From an uncultured virus (IMG/VR IMGVR_UViG_3300027759_000054) (lineage: Duplodnaviria > Heunggongvirae > Uroviricota > Caudoviricetes): 64,000 nucleotides of DNA. Shown piece after piece: positions 30,526 to 40,487 of this stretch. Below the pieces are notes generated by a model. It did no database searches and was not told where the DNA came from. It saw only the letters and a program-made list of their open reading frames with translations. The DNA is taken from the IMG/VR virus record IMGVR_UViG_3300027759_000054; one strand, given 5' to 3'. Each line of letters begins with the position of its first letter. The stretch's first letter is position 1. The position numbers and the translations under genes were made by a program.

Positions 30526-31872
30526 ATGAACGTAGAAAACAAAATCAGAGAGTTGCTTAATAAAAAGCAATTATCCGAGGAAAATGCTGGTCCGATGGGC
30601 GCAGTAAAGGGTAAGGATACTTCGATCCCAGCAAAAACTGCAGGCGATGCAACGAATCCACGTCAGGGATCGTCGGAAGACGCAACTATTGCAAGCGAAC
30701 GTGATCAGGAAACTGATAATCCAGGCGCCAAAGAAGCGTCACCAATTGCTGACAACAAGAGCAAGATTTCACAATCAGGCGCAGGTGCTGCTCCAAACTT
30801 TACCACTGTTGCTGATCCAACATCGGTTGTAAACCAAGCATCTTCAAGAGGCAATGTTCATCAAGAAGAGTATGACCCAGAAGAAGACGACGAAGAAGAA
30901 GTCGAAGAACTCGACGAAATCTCGCAAAGTCTAGCATCAAGAGCTGTTGTTAAGAGAGGCGACAAGGTTTACGGCGATGCGATCGAACGTGGCGATGTTG
31001 CAGATCCAAAACAAGAAAAGAAATTTACCTCAGGACTCAACAGAGTCAAGAAAAAGTTCGGTGACGCAGCTGCGAATAAAGTGGAGCGCAAAGTGGACAA
31101 AGCAATTGGTTTAGATAGACACTACAAAGAAGAAGTCGAACTAGAAGAAGAAGCAGATTTCGCTGCTGATCTAGCAACTCTGTTTGACGGTAATCAAGAT
31201 CTTTCAGAAGAATTCCGTGACAAGGCATCATCGCTTTTCGAAGCAATGGTTGTGGCACGTGTAAGCAATGAAGTTTCAATCATTGAAGATACACTCGTTG
31301 CAGAAGCTGCTGAGTTGATGGAAGAATATAAGTCGGAACTCGTAGAGAAGGTTGATTCCTATCTCGGTTACGTAGTCGAAAATTGGATCGAAGAAAATCA
31401 ATTGGCAGTAGAAAACGGTCTCCGTACTGACATTGCTGAAGATTTCATCGAAGGTCTAAAAACACTTTTCGCTGAGCATTATGTTGATGTCCCAGAAGAC
31501 AAATACGATGTTCTAGGTGAAATGCAATCACAGATTGAAGAAATTTCTTCGAAACTGGATGAAGCAATCGCTGCTAATGTAGAACTACACGATGCTAATC
31601 TTCACCTCAACAAGGAAAGTGTTCTTTCTGTAGTTGCTGAAGGTCTTGCAAAAACAGACGCTGAGAAATTCAAGTCGTTGGTCGCTGATGTAGAATTCGA
31701 GAATGCAGATATCTTTGAAGAGAAGTTGAATGTCATCAAGGAAAATTATTTCCCCAAGACAAGAACTCTTTCTGAAGAGAAATTTGACGATGGAGTTGAC
31801 AATGACTTCAGCGAAGGATCAACCGTAAGTCAGTATATCAAGGCACTTGATGTACTTGCTTCTAAAAATTAA
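30526..31872 (+). CDS. gp22: Prohead scaffold gp22 with a basic insertion
   Basis: LSEEFRDKA..FEA; VDSYL.YVVENW..EN; F.EHYVDVPEDK; IKENYF. Confidence 0.92.
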   Translation: MNVENKIRELLNKKQLSEENAGPMGAVKGKDTSIPAKTAGDATNPRQGSSEDATIASERDQETDNPGAKEASPIADNKSKISQSGAGAAPNFTTVADPTSVVNQASSRGNVHQEEYDPEEDDEEEVEELDEISQSLASRAVVKRGDKVYGDAIERGDVADPKQEKKFTSGLNRVKKKFGDAAANKVERKVDKAIGLDRHYKEEVELEEEADFAADLATLFDGNQDLSEEFRDKASSLFEAMVVARVSNEVSIIEDTLVAEAAELMEEYKSELVEKVDSYLGYVVENWIEENQLAVENGLRTDIAEDFIEGLKTLFAEHYVDVPEDKYDVLGEMQSQIEEISSKLDEAIAANVELHDANLHLNKESVLSVVAEGLAKTDAEKFKSLVADVEFENADIFEEKLNVIKENYFPKTRTLSEEKFDDGVDNDFSEGSTVSQYIKALDVLASKN

Positions 31873-31877
31873 ATTTA

Positions 31878-31885
31878 TATAAATA
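31878..31885 (+). promoter_or_regulatory. Late promoter
   Basis: TATAAATA upstream of gp23. Confidence 0.88.
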
Positions 31886-31916
31886 AATCTATTGAACACC
31901 TAAAGGGGAAAACTAA

Positions 31917-33203
31917 ATGTTTCTTTCAGAGCAACTAACAAAAAAGTGGGAACCAGTTCTCAATCATGACGGACTTGGCCAGATCACAGATAAATACAAG
32001 CGTGCGGTTACTGCAGTAGTTCTTGAAAACCAAGAGCGTGCACTTCGCGAAGAGCGCACTGCTCTTTTCGAAACTCCAGCAAACAACATCGCTGGTACTG
32101 GTGCTTCCGACATCGATCGCTACGATCCAATCCTAATCTCGCTCGTTCGTCGTGCGCTGCCTAACTTGATGGCATATGACGTTGCTGGCGTGCAACCTAT
32201 GACTGGTCCAACTGGTCTTATCTTCGCAATGAAGTCAGCTTACACTACCCAAGCGGGTACGGAAGCACTCTTCAACGAAGCAGATACAGACTTCTCTGGT
32301 ACAGGAACTCATGCTGGTTCAAACCCAGTTGATGGCGCTTACACCACAGGTACTGGTGTTGCAACAGTAGACGCTGAGCAACTTGGCGAATCTGGTGGAA
32401 CTGACTTCAACCAAATGGCATTCTCGATCGAGAAAACAACTGTAACTGCTAAGACACGTGCTCTCAAAGCAGAATACACTGTCGAACTCGCTCAAGATCT
32501 CAAGGCAATTCACGGTCTTGACGCTGAAGGCGAACTTTCCAACATCCTTTCACAAGAAATTCTTGCTGAAATCAACCGCGAAGTTATCCGTACGATCTAC
32601 AAAGTTGCTAAGACAGGTGCCGCTTCGACTGCAACTGCTGGTACTTTCGATCTTGACGTTGACTCAAACGGTCGTTGGTCAGTTGAGCGTTTCAAGGGTC
32701 TTCTGTTCAACATCGAACGTGACGCTAACGTAATCGCTCAAGACACTCGTCGTGGTAAGGGTAACTTCATTATCTGTTCGTCAGATGTTGCTGCTGCTCT
32801 CGCAATGGCAGGTATGCTTGATACAGGTGCTGCACTTGCTGGTTCGCCAACTCTTCAGGTTGATGACACAGGCAATACCTTCGTTGGTACGCTGAACGGT
32901 CGTTACAAAGTATTCGTAGATCCTTACTCAGCAAACACTGGCGCTGCATCGCAGTTCTATGTTGTTGGTTATAAGGGTGCCAATGCTTATGACGCTGGTA
33001 TCTTCTATTGCCCATACGTTCCACTACAAATGGTTCGTGCAATCGATCCTAATACCTTCCAACCAAAAATTGGTTTCAAGACTCGTTACGGGATGATCGC
33101 TAACCCATTCGTAACCCAGTCGAACGGTACAACTGACGGTGATACTTTCACTTCTAACCGTAACCAATACTATCGTCGTGTTAAGGTTACTAACCTTATG
33201 TAA
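31917..33203 (+). CDS. gp23: Major capsid protein gp23
   Basis: GVQPMTGPTGLIFAM; ELAQDLKAIHGLDAE; FQPKIGFKTRYG. Confidence 0.99.
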   Translation: MFLSEQLTKKWEPVLNHDGLGQITDKYKRAVTAVVLENQERALREERTALFETPANNIAGTGASDIDRYDPILISLVRRALPNLMAYDVAGVQPMTGPTGLIFAMKSAYTTQAGTEALFNEADTDFSGTGTHAGSNPVDGAYTTGTGVATVDAEQLGESGGTDFNQMAFSIEKTTVTAKTRALKAEYTVELAQDLKAIHGLDAEGELSNILSQEILAEINREVIRTIYKVAKTGAASTATAGTFDLDVDSNGRWSVERFKGLLFNIERDANVIAQDTRRGKGNFIICSSDVAAALAMAGMLDTGAALAGSPTLQVDDTGNTFVGTLNGRYKVFVDPYSANTGAASQFYVVGYKGANAYDAGIFYCPYVPLQMVRAIDPNTFQPKIGFKTRYGMIANPFVTQSNGTTDGDTFTSNRNQYYRRVKVTNLM

Positions 33204-33242
33204 TCGATACCTCTCCATTAGAGAGAGGGTTGCTAAGAAACT

Positions 33243-33271
33243 GGGGGGAGCAGAAATGCTCTCCCCATTTT
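33243..33271 (+). terminator. Rho-independent terminator after gp23
   Basis: GGGGGAGCA-GAAA-TGCTCTCCCC then ATTTT. Confidence 0.8.
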
Positions 33272-33274
33272 CAT

Positions 33275-33282
33275 TATAAATA
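33275..33282 (+). promoter_or_regulatory. Late promoter
   Basis: TATAAATA upstream of gp3. Confidence 0.8.
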
Positions 33283-33304
33283 GTATGAAACAAATGAGGG
33301 TAAC

Positions 33305-33889
33305 ATGGTATTAAAAACATCACTGGGTGTAACAGAAGCAAACTGGGTTAACCAACAACCCAGCGATCTCGATTATCTTAAACCAAATGGATTTAAATTT
33401 CAGGTCCACAATCTACCCAATGTATCATACTTCTGTCAAGCAGCAAACATTCCTGCGATACAACTTGGTTCACCTACATTCCAAACACCATTATCAGATA
33501 TCCCAGTTCCTGGAGATAAATTGTCATATGGTGACTTAGTAATTCGTTTTCTTGTTCAAGAGAACATGAGCAACTATCTTGAATTATACAACTGGTTGGT
33601 TGGTCTTGGATTCCCAGAGTCTAGAGATCAATATATAAACTGGAATGAATCGCAACGTTATAGATTTCCTGCTATCTCAGATAAACGTCTCGGCGCACTA
33701 GGCAACTTCTCAGACGCAGACTTCTTCATTCTTGACTCAGACAATAATCCGAATGTTAAAATTACATACTATGATGTGTTCCCAGTTAGTCTTGAGGCAT
33801 TAGACTTCGACATCAGTTCTGGTAGAGCAGATTACTTGGTTGGTATTGCTGCATTTAAATACCGCCAATATACAGTTGCTGCACTTTAA
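33305..33889 (+). CDS. gp3: Tail completion/tube terminator gp3-like
   Basis: YLKPNGFKF; FCQAANIP; GDKL.YGDL.IRFLV.E.M.NY; FPVSL. Confidence 0.85.
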   Translation: MVLKTSLGVTEANWVNQQPSDLDYLKPNGFKFQVHNLPNVSYFCQAANIPAIQLGSPTFQTPLSDIPVPGDKLSYGDLVIRFLVQENMSNYLELYNWLVGLGFPESRDQYINWNESQRYRFPAISDKRLGALGNFSDADFFILDSDNNPNVKITYYDVFPVSLEALDFDISSGRADYLVGIAAFKYRQYTVAAL

Positions 33890-33894
33890 ATTTT

Positions 33895-34239
33895 ATGATT
33901 AAAGATCGTATACAGTTTACAGATTCTGCTCTTGAGCATTTTCGTAATGTCTCTGTCTCCAATAATGCACTTGGTGTGCGTCTGTCCCTTGCAGGTGGTG
34001 GGTGTGCTGGATTTAGTTACAAGTGGGATCTTGTAAAAAATTCTGACGAACTTGTTGAAGATGATTTCCCACAGGAGTATAATGATTGGACCTTCTGGTT
34101 AGATAGACCATCGGAACTCTATCTTATTGGTAGTACAGTAAACAAAAAAGTGGACATCATTGGTAGCGTCATCGAGATACAAGCACCTCTTGCATCAAGC
34201 AGTTGTGGTTGTGGGGAAAGTATCAATTTTAATCTTTAA
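33895..34239 (+). CDS. A-type Fe-S cluster carrier (HesB/IscA/SufA family)
   Basis: GGGCAGFSY and CGCGES motifs. Confidence 0.92.
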   Translation: MIKDRIQFTDSALEHFRNVSVSNNALGVRLSLAGGGCAGFSYKWDLVKNSDELVEDDFPQEYNDWTFWLDRPSELYLIGSTVNKKVDIIGSVIEIQAPLASSSCGCGESINFNL

Positions 34240-34246
34240 AAAATCA

Positions 34247-34275
34247 TTGACTTTCGAGTCAAATCGTAGTATAGT
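34247..34275 (+). promoter_or_regulatory. Sigma70-like promoter
   Basis: TTGACT-N17-TATAGT upstream of uvsY. Confidence 0.75.
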
Positions 34276-34301
34276 TATATTATTTTTCTATTGAGGGCAT
34301 T

Positions 34302-34742
34302 ATGAAACTATCTGAAATTCAAGAGTCATGGACTAAAGACTGTAAAATCGACCAATTAAATCTTGGTCCAGAATCAACAAAAACTCCAGAGTTGCATTCT
34401 AAATATCTTAACATACTATCAAATTCTAAACTGCAGTTACGCAAGGCAGAGGCAGATTATTATCGCTTGCGCAGAACTAAGATCAAGTATTATCGCGGAG
34501 AACTTACTCGCGAGGAACTTGAAGAACATGGGTGGAATCAATACCAAGGTCTCAAACCACTAAAGAATGAGATGGAAGATGTTCTTCAGTGTGATGAAGA
34601 GATGATCAAGCAGCAAGACAAGATTGATTATATCAAAGCAGTCCTATACCAATTAGAACAGATTCTGCGGTCACTAAATAGTAGGACATGGGATATTAAG
34701 TCCGCAATTGAGTGGACCAAATTTACAAATGGATTAATGTGA
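34302..34742 (+). CDS. uvsY: Recombination mediator UvsY
   Basis: W.KD.KID; LHSKYL; YYRG; R.WDIK.AIEW.KF..G. Confidence 0.92.
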   Translation: MKLSEIQESWTKDCKIDQLNLGPESTKTPELHSKYLNILSNSKLQLRKAEADYYRLRRTKIKYYRGELTREELEEHGWNQYQGLKPLKNEMEDVLQCDEEMIKQQDKIDYIKAVLYQLEQILRSLNSRTWDIKSAIEWTKFTNGLM

Positions 34743-36241
34743 CCGAACTAACCATCACTAAAAAAGATGAAGTGTATCTGAATGTGGAATGCGATCCTAG
34801 TATTTCACAGGAACTATTAGAGTATTTTACGTTTGATGTTCCAGGTGCAAAATTTATGCCCACCTACCGTGCTAAGTTATGGGATGGCAAGGCAAGGTTG
34901 TTTAACATGTGGACTAAAGAACTATACGTAGGACTTCTTCCATATCTCAGAGAATTTTGTCAGCGTAATGAATATGAGATGGACGTTCAGATCGAACGTA
35001 TCGGTGATCCTATAACATATGAAGAACTGGTTGAATATGCCGACTCGCTGAATCTCCACTCACAAGGCAATCCGATCGAAGCGAGAGACTACCAGTTGGA
35101 CGCTGTCAAGTATGCTATTCGGATCGGCAGAACTCTGCTGCTGTCACCAACTGCATCAGGTAAGTCACTGATCATTTATCTGTTGATGCGCTACCATCAA
35201 AAGTTTGGGCGCAAACAATTAATTATTGTTCCAACTACATCTCTGGTTGAACAAATGTATAAGGACTTTCAAGATTATGCCTCGGAAACAGACTGGAAAG
35301 CAAGTTACAATTGTGCGAGAATCTATTCAGGGTTCGAGAAGTCGAATGAGTATCCCATTACGATTTCAACATGGCAGTCAATCTACAAATTGCCTAAAAA
35401 GTTTTTTGATGAGTTTGATGTTATATATGGGGACGAAGCGCATCTTTTCAAAGCGAAATCGCTAACATCAATTTTCAATAAATGCACCAAGACTAAGTTC
35501 CGGATCGGAACAACGGGAACTCTTGATGGAACTAAGACTCATAAGTTAATCCTCGAGGGATTGTTTGGTAAGGTGCATAAGGTTATCTCGACCAAAGAAT
35601 TAATGGAGCAGGGATCTGTTGCCGATCTAGACATAACTTGCATCGTATTGGATTATACTGATGAAGAAAAGAAGGCGCTAACTAAGTATACCTATCAGGA
35701 AGAAATGGACTGGTTGGTAACACACCAAAAGCGCAACAACATAATCAAGAATCTGGCAACCACCCAGAAGGGTAACACGTTAGTGCTATTCCAGTTTGTT
35801 GAGAAACATGGTGCAGTTTTGTATGACTTGATCAATGAGAAGATCGGAAAGTCTCGCCGAGTTTTCTTCGTTCATGGTGGAACTGACACTCAACAGCGCG
35901 AGAAGGTTCGTGAGATTGCCGAGAAAGAAAAAGATGCAGTTATCATCGCATCGTATGGCACCTTTTCAACGGGAATAAATATAAGGAATCTGCATAATGT
36001 CATCTTCGCTTCTCCGTCGAAATCTAGAGTAAGAAATCTCCAGTCGATTGGTAGAGGGTTACGTAAGGGAGATGACAAAACTTCCTGTCGTCTTTTTGAT
36101 ATAGGTGATGACTTGTCTTGGAAGAGCAGAAAAAATTATACTCTACTACACATGATAGAGAGAATTAAGTTATATAATGAAGAAGGTTTTAAATACAAAC
36201 TCGTGAGGATATCTACTGATGGAACCTCCAAAGGTACTTAA
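34739..36241 (+). CDS. uvsW: DNA/RNA helicase UvsW
   Basis: SPTASGKS; DEAH; QSIGRGLR; GTG start overlapping the uvsY stop. Confidence 0.96.
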   Translation: MTELTITKKDEVYLNVECDPSISQELLEYFTFDVPGAKFMPTYRAKLWDGKARLFNMWTKELYVGLLPYLREFCQRNEYEMDVQIERIGDPITYEELVEYADSLNLHSQGNPIEARDYQLDAVKYAIRIGRTLLLSPTASGKSLIIYLLMRYHQKFGRKQLIIVPTTSLVEQMYKDFQDYASETDWKASYNCARIYSGFEKSNEYPITISTWQSIYKLPKKFFDEFDVIYGDEAHLFKAKSLTSIFNKCTKTKFRIGTTGTLDGTKTHKLILEGLFGKVHKVISTKELMEQGSVADLDITCIVLDYTDEEKKALTKYTYQEEMDWLVTHQKRNNIIKNLATTQKGNTLVLFQFVEKHGAVLYDLINEKIGKSRRVFFVHGGTDTQQREKVREIAEKEKDAVIIASYGTFSTGINIRNLHNVIFASPSKSRVRNLQSIGRGLRKGDDKTSCRLFDIGDDLSWKSRKNYTLLHMIERIKLYNEEGFKYKLVRISTDGTSKGT

Positions 36242-36587
36242 ATTTAAAAATGGCGACCTAGTAATCGCATCGATAAGAGATAGTGATACCAATGCATTAT
36301 TCTGGTTGGATAATCCCGTTGCAGTAATTCCCTATCCTGTCTTCCAAGAAGATGTTGTCGGGGAAACGTTTCTTTTGAAACCATGGATTGGTATTACTAC
36401 AGAGAAGACTTTCCTAATACCCAAATCTGAAATAATTACTATCTGTCTTTTGAGAGAGAATCTCCTCGCAAAGTATGAGAGATATATCTCCGGAGAAGTA
36501 AAGTTCCCCGAGGAAACTCAAGAGGAAAATACAGACATGGATATGTTGCACTCCCGAATACTCAGAAGCAGGAACCTACTCAATTAA
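36219..36587 (+). CDS. Hypothetical protein (Sm-like fold likely)
   Basis: LKFKNGDLVIA..LKPW pattern; lies between uvsW and gp55. Confidence 0.65.
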   Translation: MEPPKVLKFKNGDLVIASIRDSDTNALFWLDNPVAVIPYPVFQEDVVGETFLLKPWIGITTEKTFLIPKSEIITICLLRENLLAKYERYISGEVKFPEETQEENTDMDMLHSRILRSRNLLN

Positions 36588-36626
36588 GCAGTAGTAAAGC
36601 TATTATTCATCATACTCGACATAGTC

Positions 36627-36655
36627 ATTATACCTCGAAACCCGAGTGTTGTCAA
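36627..36655 (-). promoter_or_regulatory. Perfect sigma70 consensus promoter, antisense to the uvsW region
   Basis: Minus strand reads GGC-TTGACA-N17-TATAAT. Confidence 0.75.
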
Positions 36656-36690
36656 GCCTTTATCGTGAAATAATAGTAAAAAAAAAATCA

Positions 36691-36719
36691 TTGACTAATA
36701 GGAAAAAGTATAGTATAAC
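36691..36719 (+). promoter_or_regulatory. Sigma70-like promoter of gp55
   Basis: A-tract followed by TTGACT-N17-TATAAC. Confidence 0.75.
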
Positions 36720-36742
36720 GGTATGTATAGATGGAGTTATAA

Positions 36743-37354
36743 ATGACTGAAATACCAGAAAAGAATGTAAAAAAACCATTCAAGAAAAACAAAAAGAACA
36801 ATGTCCATTATGTTGACAATTCTAAATTCTTGGAGGAGATTACGAAATACAGAGATAGTGTGCTTGCTGCGAAAGAAGCAGGAACAATTAAACCAAGAGT
36901 GCCAAATTATCTGGGTGAGTGCTTTCTAAAAATTGCGAATCACTTGGCATATAAGAGCAACTTCATCAACTACACATATCGAGAAGAAATGGTTTCGGAT
37001 GGTATTGAAAATTGTATTACTTACATCGATAACTTTAATCCTGAAAAATCTAAGAATCCCTTCGCGTACTTCACACAGATAACATACTATGCTTTCCTTC
37101 GTCGTATCGCGAAAGAGAAACGCCAACAGCAAACGAAGTATCGATACATGCGAAACATTGATGTTCACGACTTGATAACTCAGGACCATGACACAGGTGA
37201 CTATGGCAATGAGTTTATTGACTATGTTAAGAAGCAGATGGACATGATTGATGATTTTGACAAACCTGCCTCAGCAAAGGTCAGCAATATACCAAAGCGT
37301 CGACCAAAATATTTAGACCAAAAAATCATTGACAATTCCCTTGATATAGAGTAG
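36743..37354 (+). CDS. gp55: Late sigma factor gp55
   Basis: HYVDN; NFINYTYREEMVSDGIENC; NPFAYFTQI..AFLRRI.KEK. Confidence 0.97.
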   Translation: MTEIPEKNVKKPFKKNKKNNVHYVDNSKFLEEITKYRDSVLAAKEAGTIKPRVPNYLGECFLKIANHLAYKSNFINYTYREEMVSDGIENCITYIDNFNPEKSKNPFAYFTQITYYAFLRRIAKEKRQQQTKYRYMRNIDVHDLITQDHDTGDYGNEFIDYVKKQMDMIDDFDKPASAKVSNIPKRRPKYLDQKIIDNSLDIE

Positions 37355-37357
37355 AAT
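37329..37357 (+). promoter_or_regulatory. Sigma70-like promoter
   Basis: TTGACA-N17-TAGAAT. Confidence 0.75.
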
Positions 37358-37389
37358 GGATTTATTAAAGATTGTTAAAGGAGTTGTTT

Positions 37390-37704
37390 ATGACTGAAGT
37401 AAAAACTAACAAGTACGTTGCATGGTTCACTGAAAACTGGTTTACCGCATTTTTCTTTCTTGCGTTTGCATTGATTATCGCGGCAGTATCCAGTAATATT
37501 AGCAACCATCGGAATGGTGTTCAAGGTGTGTCTAAACAGAACGCAGGATGTATCTATCTCGAGTCAAGTGATCTCGGTGAAGGTCAACACTACATGATCT
37601 GCGATGGTCAAATTGTTCTTAAGCGCCTCGCAGAAGAAGGTGACGCAGAACCAACGACTGAAGAAAAGTTGGAAGAAGTAGTTCCTACTGCACCTGCAAA
37701 GTAA
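37390..37704 (+). CDS. Hypothetical membrane protein
   Basis: AGGAG RBS; one N-terminal TM helix. Confidence 0.7.
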   Translation: MTEVKTNKYVAWFTENWFTAFFFLAFALIIAAVSSNISNHRNGVQGVSKQNAGCIYLESSDLGEGQHYMICDGQIVLKRLAEEGDAEPTTEEKLEEVVPTAPAK

Positions 37705-37719
37705 TTAGAAAGTTCTAGT

Positions 37720-38775
37720 ATGAAGGTTGCGTTGATCACAGACACTCACTTCGGTGCTAGGTCAGATTCTATTCCGTTCGATAACTTCTTCGCGAAGTTT
37801 TATACTGAGGTGTTTTTCCCTCACCTTGAACAAGCAGGAATCAAAACTATTATTCATCTTGGTGATGTTTTTGATCGACGTAAGTTTATCAATTATAATA
37901 CACTAAAAAAATGTCGTGAGTATTTCTTCGATAAGACACGAGATCTTGGTATCGATGTGCACATGATCGCAGGAAACCACGATACTTTCTTCAAGAATAC
38001 TAACGATGTAAACTCACTGGACCTTCTGCTCCGTGAGTATGAAAACATTATTACATATTCTGACGCAGAGGAAATTAAAATAGACGGAAAGAATCTATTG
38101 CTCGTGCCATGGATTTGTTCTGGTAATTATGCAGAAACCATGGAGGTTGTAGATAAAAGTAATGCACAAGCAGTATTCGGACACTTTGAATTTTCAGGTT
38201 TTGAAATGTATCGTGGGCATAAAAATGATCACGGAATGGGCACTGAACGTTTTGATAGATTTCCTCTCGTTTGTTCTGGTCATTTTCACCATCGCAGTCG
38301 GACTGGTAACATTCTGTATCTTGGTAATACCTATGAGTTTACTTGGTCTGACTATAATGACCCTAGAGGGTATCACTTATATGACACGGAAACTAACGAG
38401 GTAGAATTCTTTGAGAACCCATTTCAAATCTTCCATAAAATCTATTATGATGATACTACTAGCGATCCTAATAGTATGGACCTTGGACCAATTGTTGGTA
38501 GTTGTGTAAGATTAGTCGTAGTCAAGAAGACAGACTTCTATAAGTTTGATCGCTTCGTTGATAAATTATATGACTGCGATCTGATCGAACTAAAGATAAT
38601 TGAAGACTTCTCTGAGTTCGAGGCAGATGTAATTGAGGAAGATAAGATGGATGTTGAAGATACGATGACCGTACTATCCGATTTTGTTGACACTGTTAGC
38701 ACCGACCTCGACAAAGATAAAATTAAAAACATGTTAAGAACTTTGTATATTGAGGCACAGCACGTTTCTGTATGA
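37720..38775 (+). CDS. gp47: Recombination endonuclease gp47 (Mre11-like)
   Basis: DTHFG; LGDVFD; GNHD; SGHFH. Confidence 0.96.
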   Translation: MKVALITDTHFGARSDSIPFDNFFAKFYTEVFFPHLEQAGIKTIIHLGDVFDRRKFINYNTLKKCREYFFDKTRDLGIDVHMIAGNHDTFFKNTNDVNSLDLLLREYENIITYSDAEEIKIDGKNLLLVPWICSGNYAETMEVVDKSNAQAVFGHFEFSGFEMYRGHKNDHGMGTERFDRFPLVCSGHFHHRSRTGNILYLGNTYEFTWSDYNDPRGYHLYDTETNEVEFFENPFQIFHKIYYDDTTSDPNSMDLGPIVGSCVRLVVVKKTDFYKFDRFVDKLYDCDLIELKIIEDFSEFEADVIEEDKMDVEDTMTVLSDFVDTVSTDLDKDKIKNMLRTLYIEAQHVSV

Positions 38776-40487
38776 TAATTTTTAAAACTATACGTTGGAA
38801 GAATTTACTTTCAACAGGTAATGCTTTCACTGAAATTAAACTCAACCGTTCGCCCAGCACTTTGATTGTTGGTGAGAATGGTGGTGGTAAATCCACGCTG
38901 CTCGATGCTCTCTGCTTCGGATTGTTCGGTAAACCATTTCGTAGCATCAATAAACCACAACTGTTAAATTCTATCAACAAGAAAAACCTTCTAGTTGAAA
39001 TTGAGTTTGACATTGGCGGTAAAGATTATAAGATTGTTCGCGGTATTAAACCGAACATCTTTGAGATTCAATCTGGCGGCGAAGTAATCAATCAGGATGC
39101 TGCTGCTCGCGACTATCAAAAGTATCTCGAGGAATCAGTTCTCAAACTAAATTACAAGTCGTTTACTCAGATTGTTATTCTCGGTTCAGCATCGTTTACT
39201 CCATTCATGCAGTTGCCCCCATTTACTCGTCGTGAGATTATTGAAGACATTCTTGACATTCAGATCTTCACGACTATGAATACTGTTCTGCGCGACAAGA
39301 TGAACGAACTGAAAGATAGTCTTCATGATGCTGATGGTAAGTTAGAAGTTCTGAAACAAAAGGCAACTATCCAGAAAGAGTATGTTGATACGCTCGAAGC
39401 AAATAAAGAAAAGAGAGTTGATGAAATTATCTCACGAATCGAAGACGGTGAATTGTCAATCACTCGTTTCCAAGGTCTTGTTGCTGTACTCGAAGGAGAG
39501 AAGATTACACACGAAGATGCCAAGGCAGCACTCGGAGACCTTGCAACAAAGCAAAAGAAACTCGAATCTTTTAAAACCAAATTTTCCAGCCAACTCCGCG
39601 ATCTCCAAAAGGAGGTGGCATTCTACAAGGAAACGGATGAGTGTCCGACATGTCGGCAAGGCATTGCTCACGATCATAAAGAAACCATCGTATCATCCCG
39701 ACAAGAGAAAATGCAAGAACTTTCTTCAGGAATGGAAAAACTCCAAGAAGAATTTACGAAACTTGGAGAACTTATCTCGGAAAATGAGACTCTCTCCGAA
39801 CAAATTTCTGGATTGAGCGCAGAGATTATTGCGAACAACAACGAAATTATTGTTCAACAGCGTCTGATTCAAGCACTTAATCTAGAACTGAATGACATTG
39901 CAACCAAGACTGCAGATATTGATGAAGAAAAAACAAAACTCAAGTCATATGCTAAGGAAGTTCTGACACAGAACGAGGAGAAGGCAAGACTGAATGAAGA
40001 AAAGCATTACATGGAAGTTGTCTCGACGCTGCTCAAAGACACTGGTATTAAGACTAAGATTATTCGGCAGTATCTTCCAGTTATCAATAAGTTGGTGAAT
40101 AAATATCTACAGGCAATGGACTTCTTTGTTCAGTTTAATCTTGATGAGAAGTTCGATGAAACTATCAAGTCTCGACATCGCGATGACTTCAGTTATGCTT
40201 CATTCTCAGAAGGCGAAAAGCAGAGAATCGATCTGGCACTCCTGTTTACCTGGAGAACAATCGCTAAGATGAAGAACAGCGTAGCAACTAATCTGCTTAT
40301 TCTTGATGAGGTATTCGACTCCTCGCTGGATAACAATGGCACCGATTATGTTATGGCATTACTTGATACTGTCGGCGAAGATACTAATGTGTTCGTTATC
40401 AGTCACAAGGGCGATCAACTGTTTGATAAGTTCCGCAGTTTGATTAAGTTTGAGAAGAAAAATAATTACAGCGAAATGGTGGTATGA
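38772..40487 (+). CDS. gp46: Recombination ATPase gp46 (Rad50-like)
   Basis: GENGGGKST; CPTC hook; FSEGEK; LDEVFD. Confidence 0.97.
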   Translation: MIIFKTIRWKNLLSTGNAFTEIKLNRSPSTLIVGENGGGKSTLLDALCFGLFGKPFRSINKPQLLNSINKKNLLVEIEFDIGGKDYKIVRGIKPNIFEIQSGGEVINQDAAARDYQKYLEESVLKLNYKSFTQIVILGSASFTPFMQLPPFTRREIIEDILDIQIFTTMNTVLRDKMNELKDSLHDADGKLEVLKQKATIQKEYVDTLEANKEKRVDEIISRIEDGELSITRFQGLVAVLEGEKITHEDAKAALGDLATKQKKLESFKTKFSSQLRDLQKEVAFYKETDECPTCRQGIAHDHKETIVSSRQEKMQELSSGMEKLQEEFTKLGELISENETLSEQISGLSAEIIANNNEIIVQQRLIQALNLELNDIATKTADIDEEKTKLKSYAKEVLTQNEEKARLNEEKHYMEVVSTLLKDTGIKTKIIRQYLPVINKLVNKYLQAMDFFVQFNLDEKFDETIKSRHRDDFSYASFSEGEKQRIDLALLFTWRTIAKMKNSVATNLLILDEVFDSSLDNNGTDYVMALLDTVGEDTNVFVISHKGDQLFDKFRSLIKFEKKNNYSEMVV

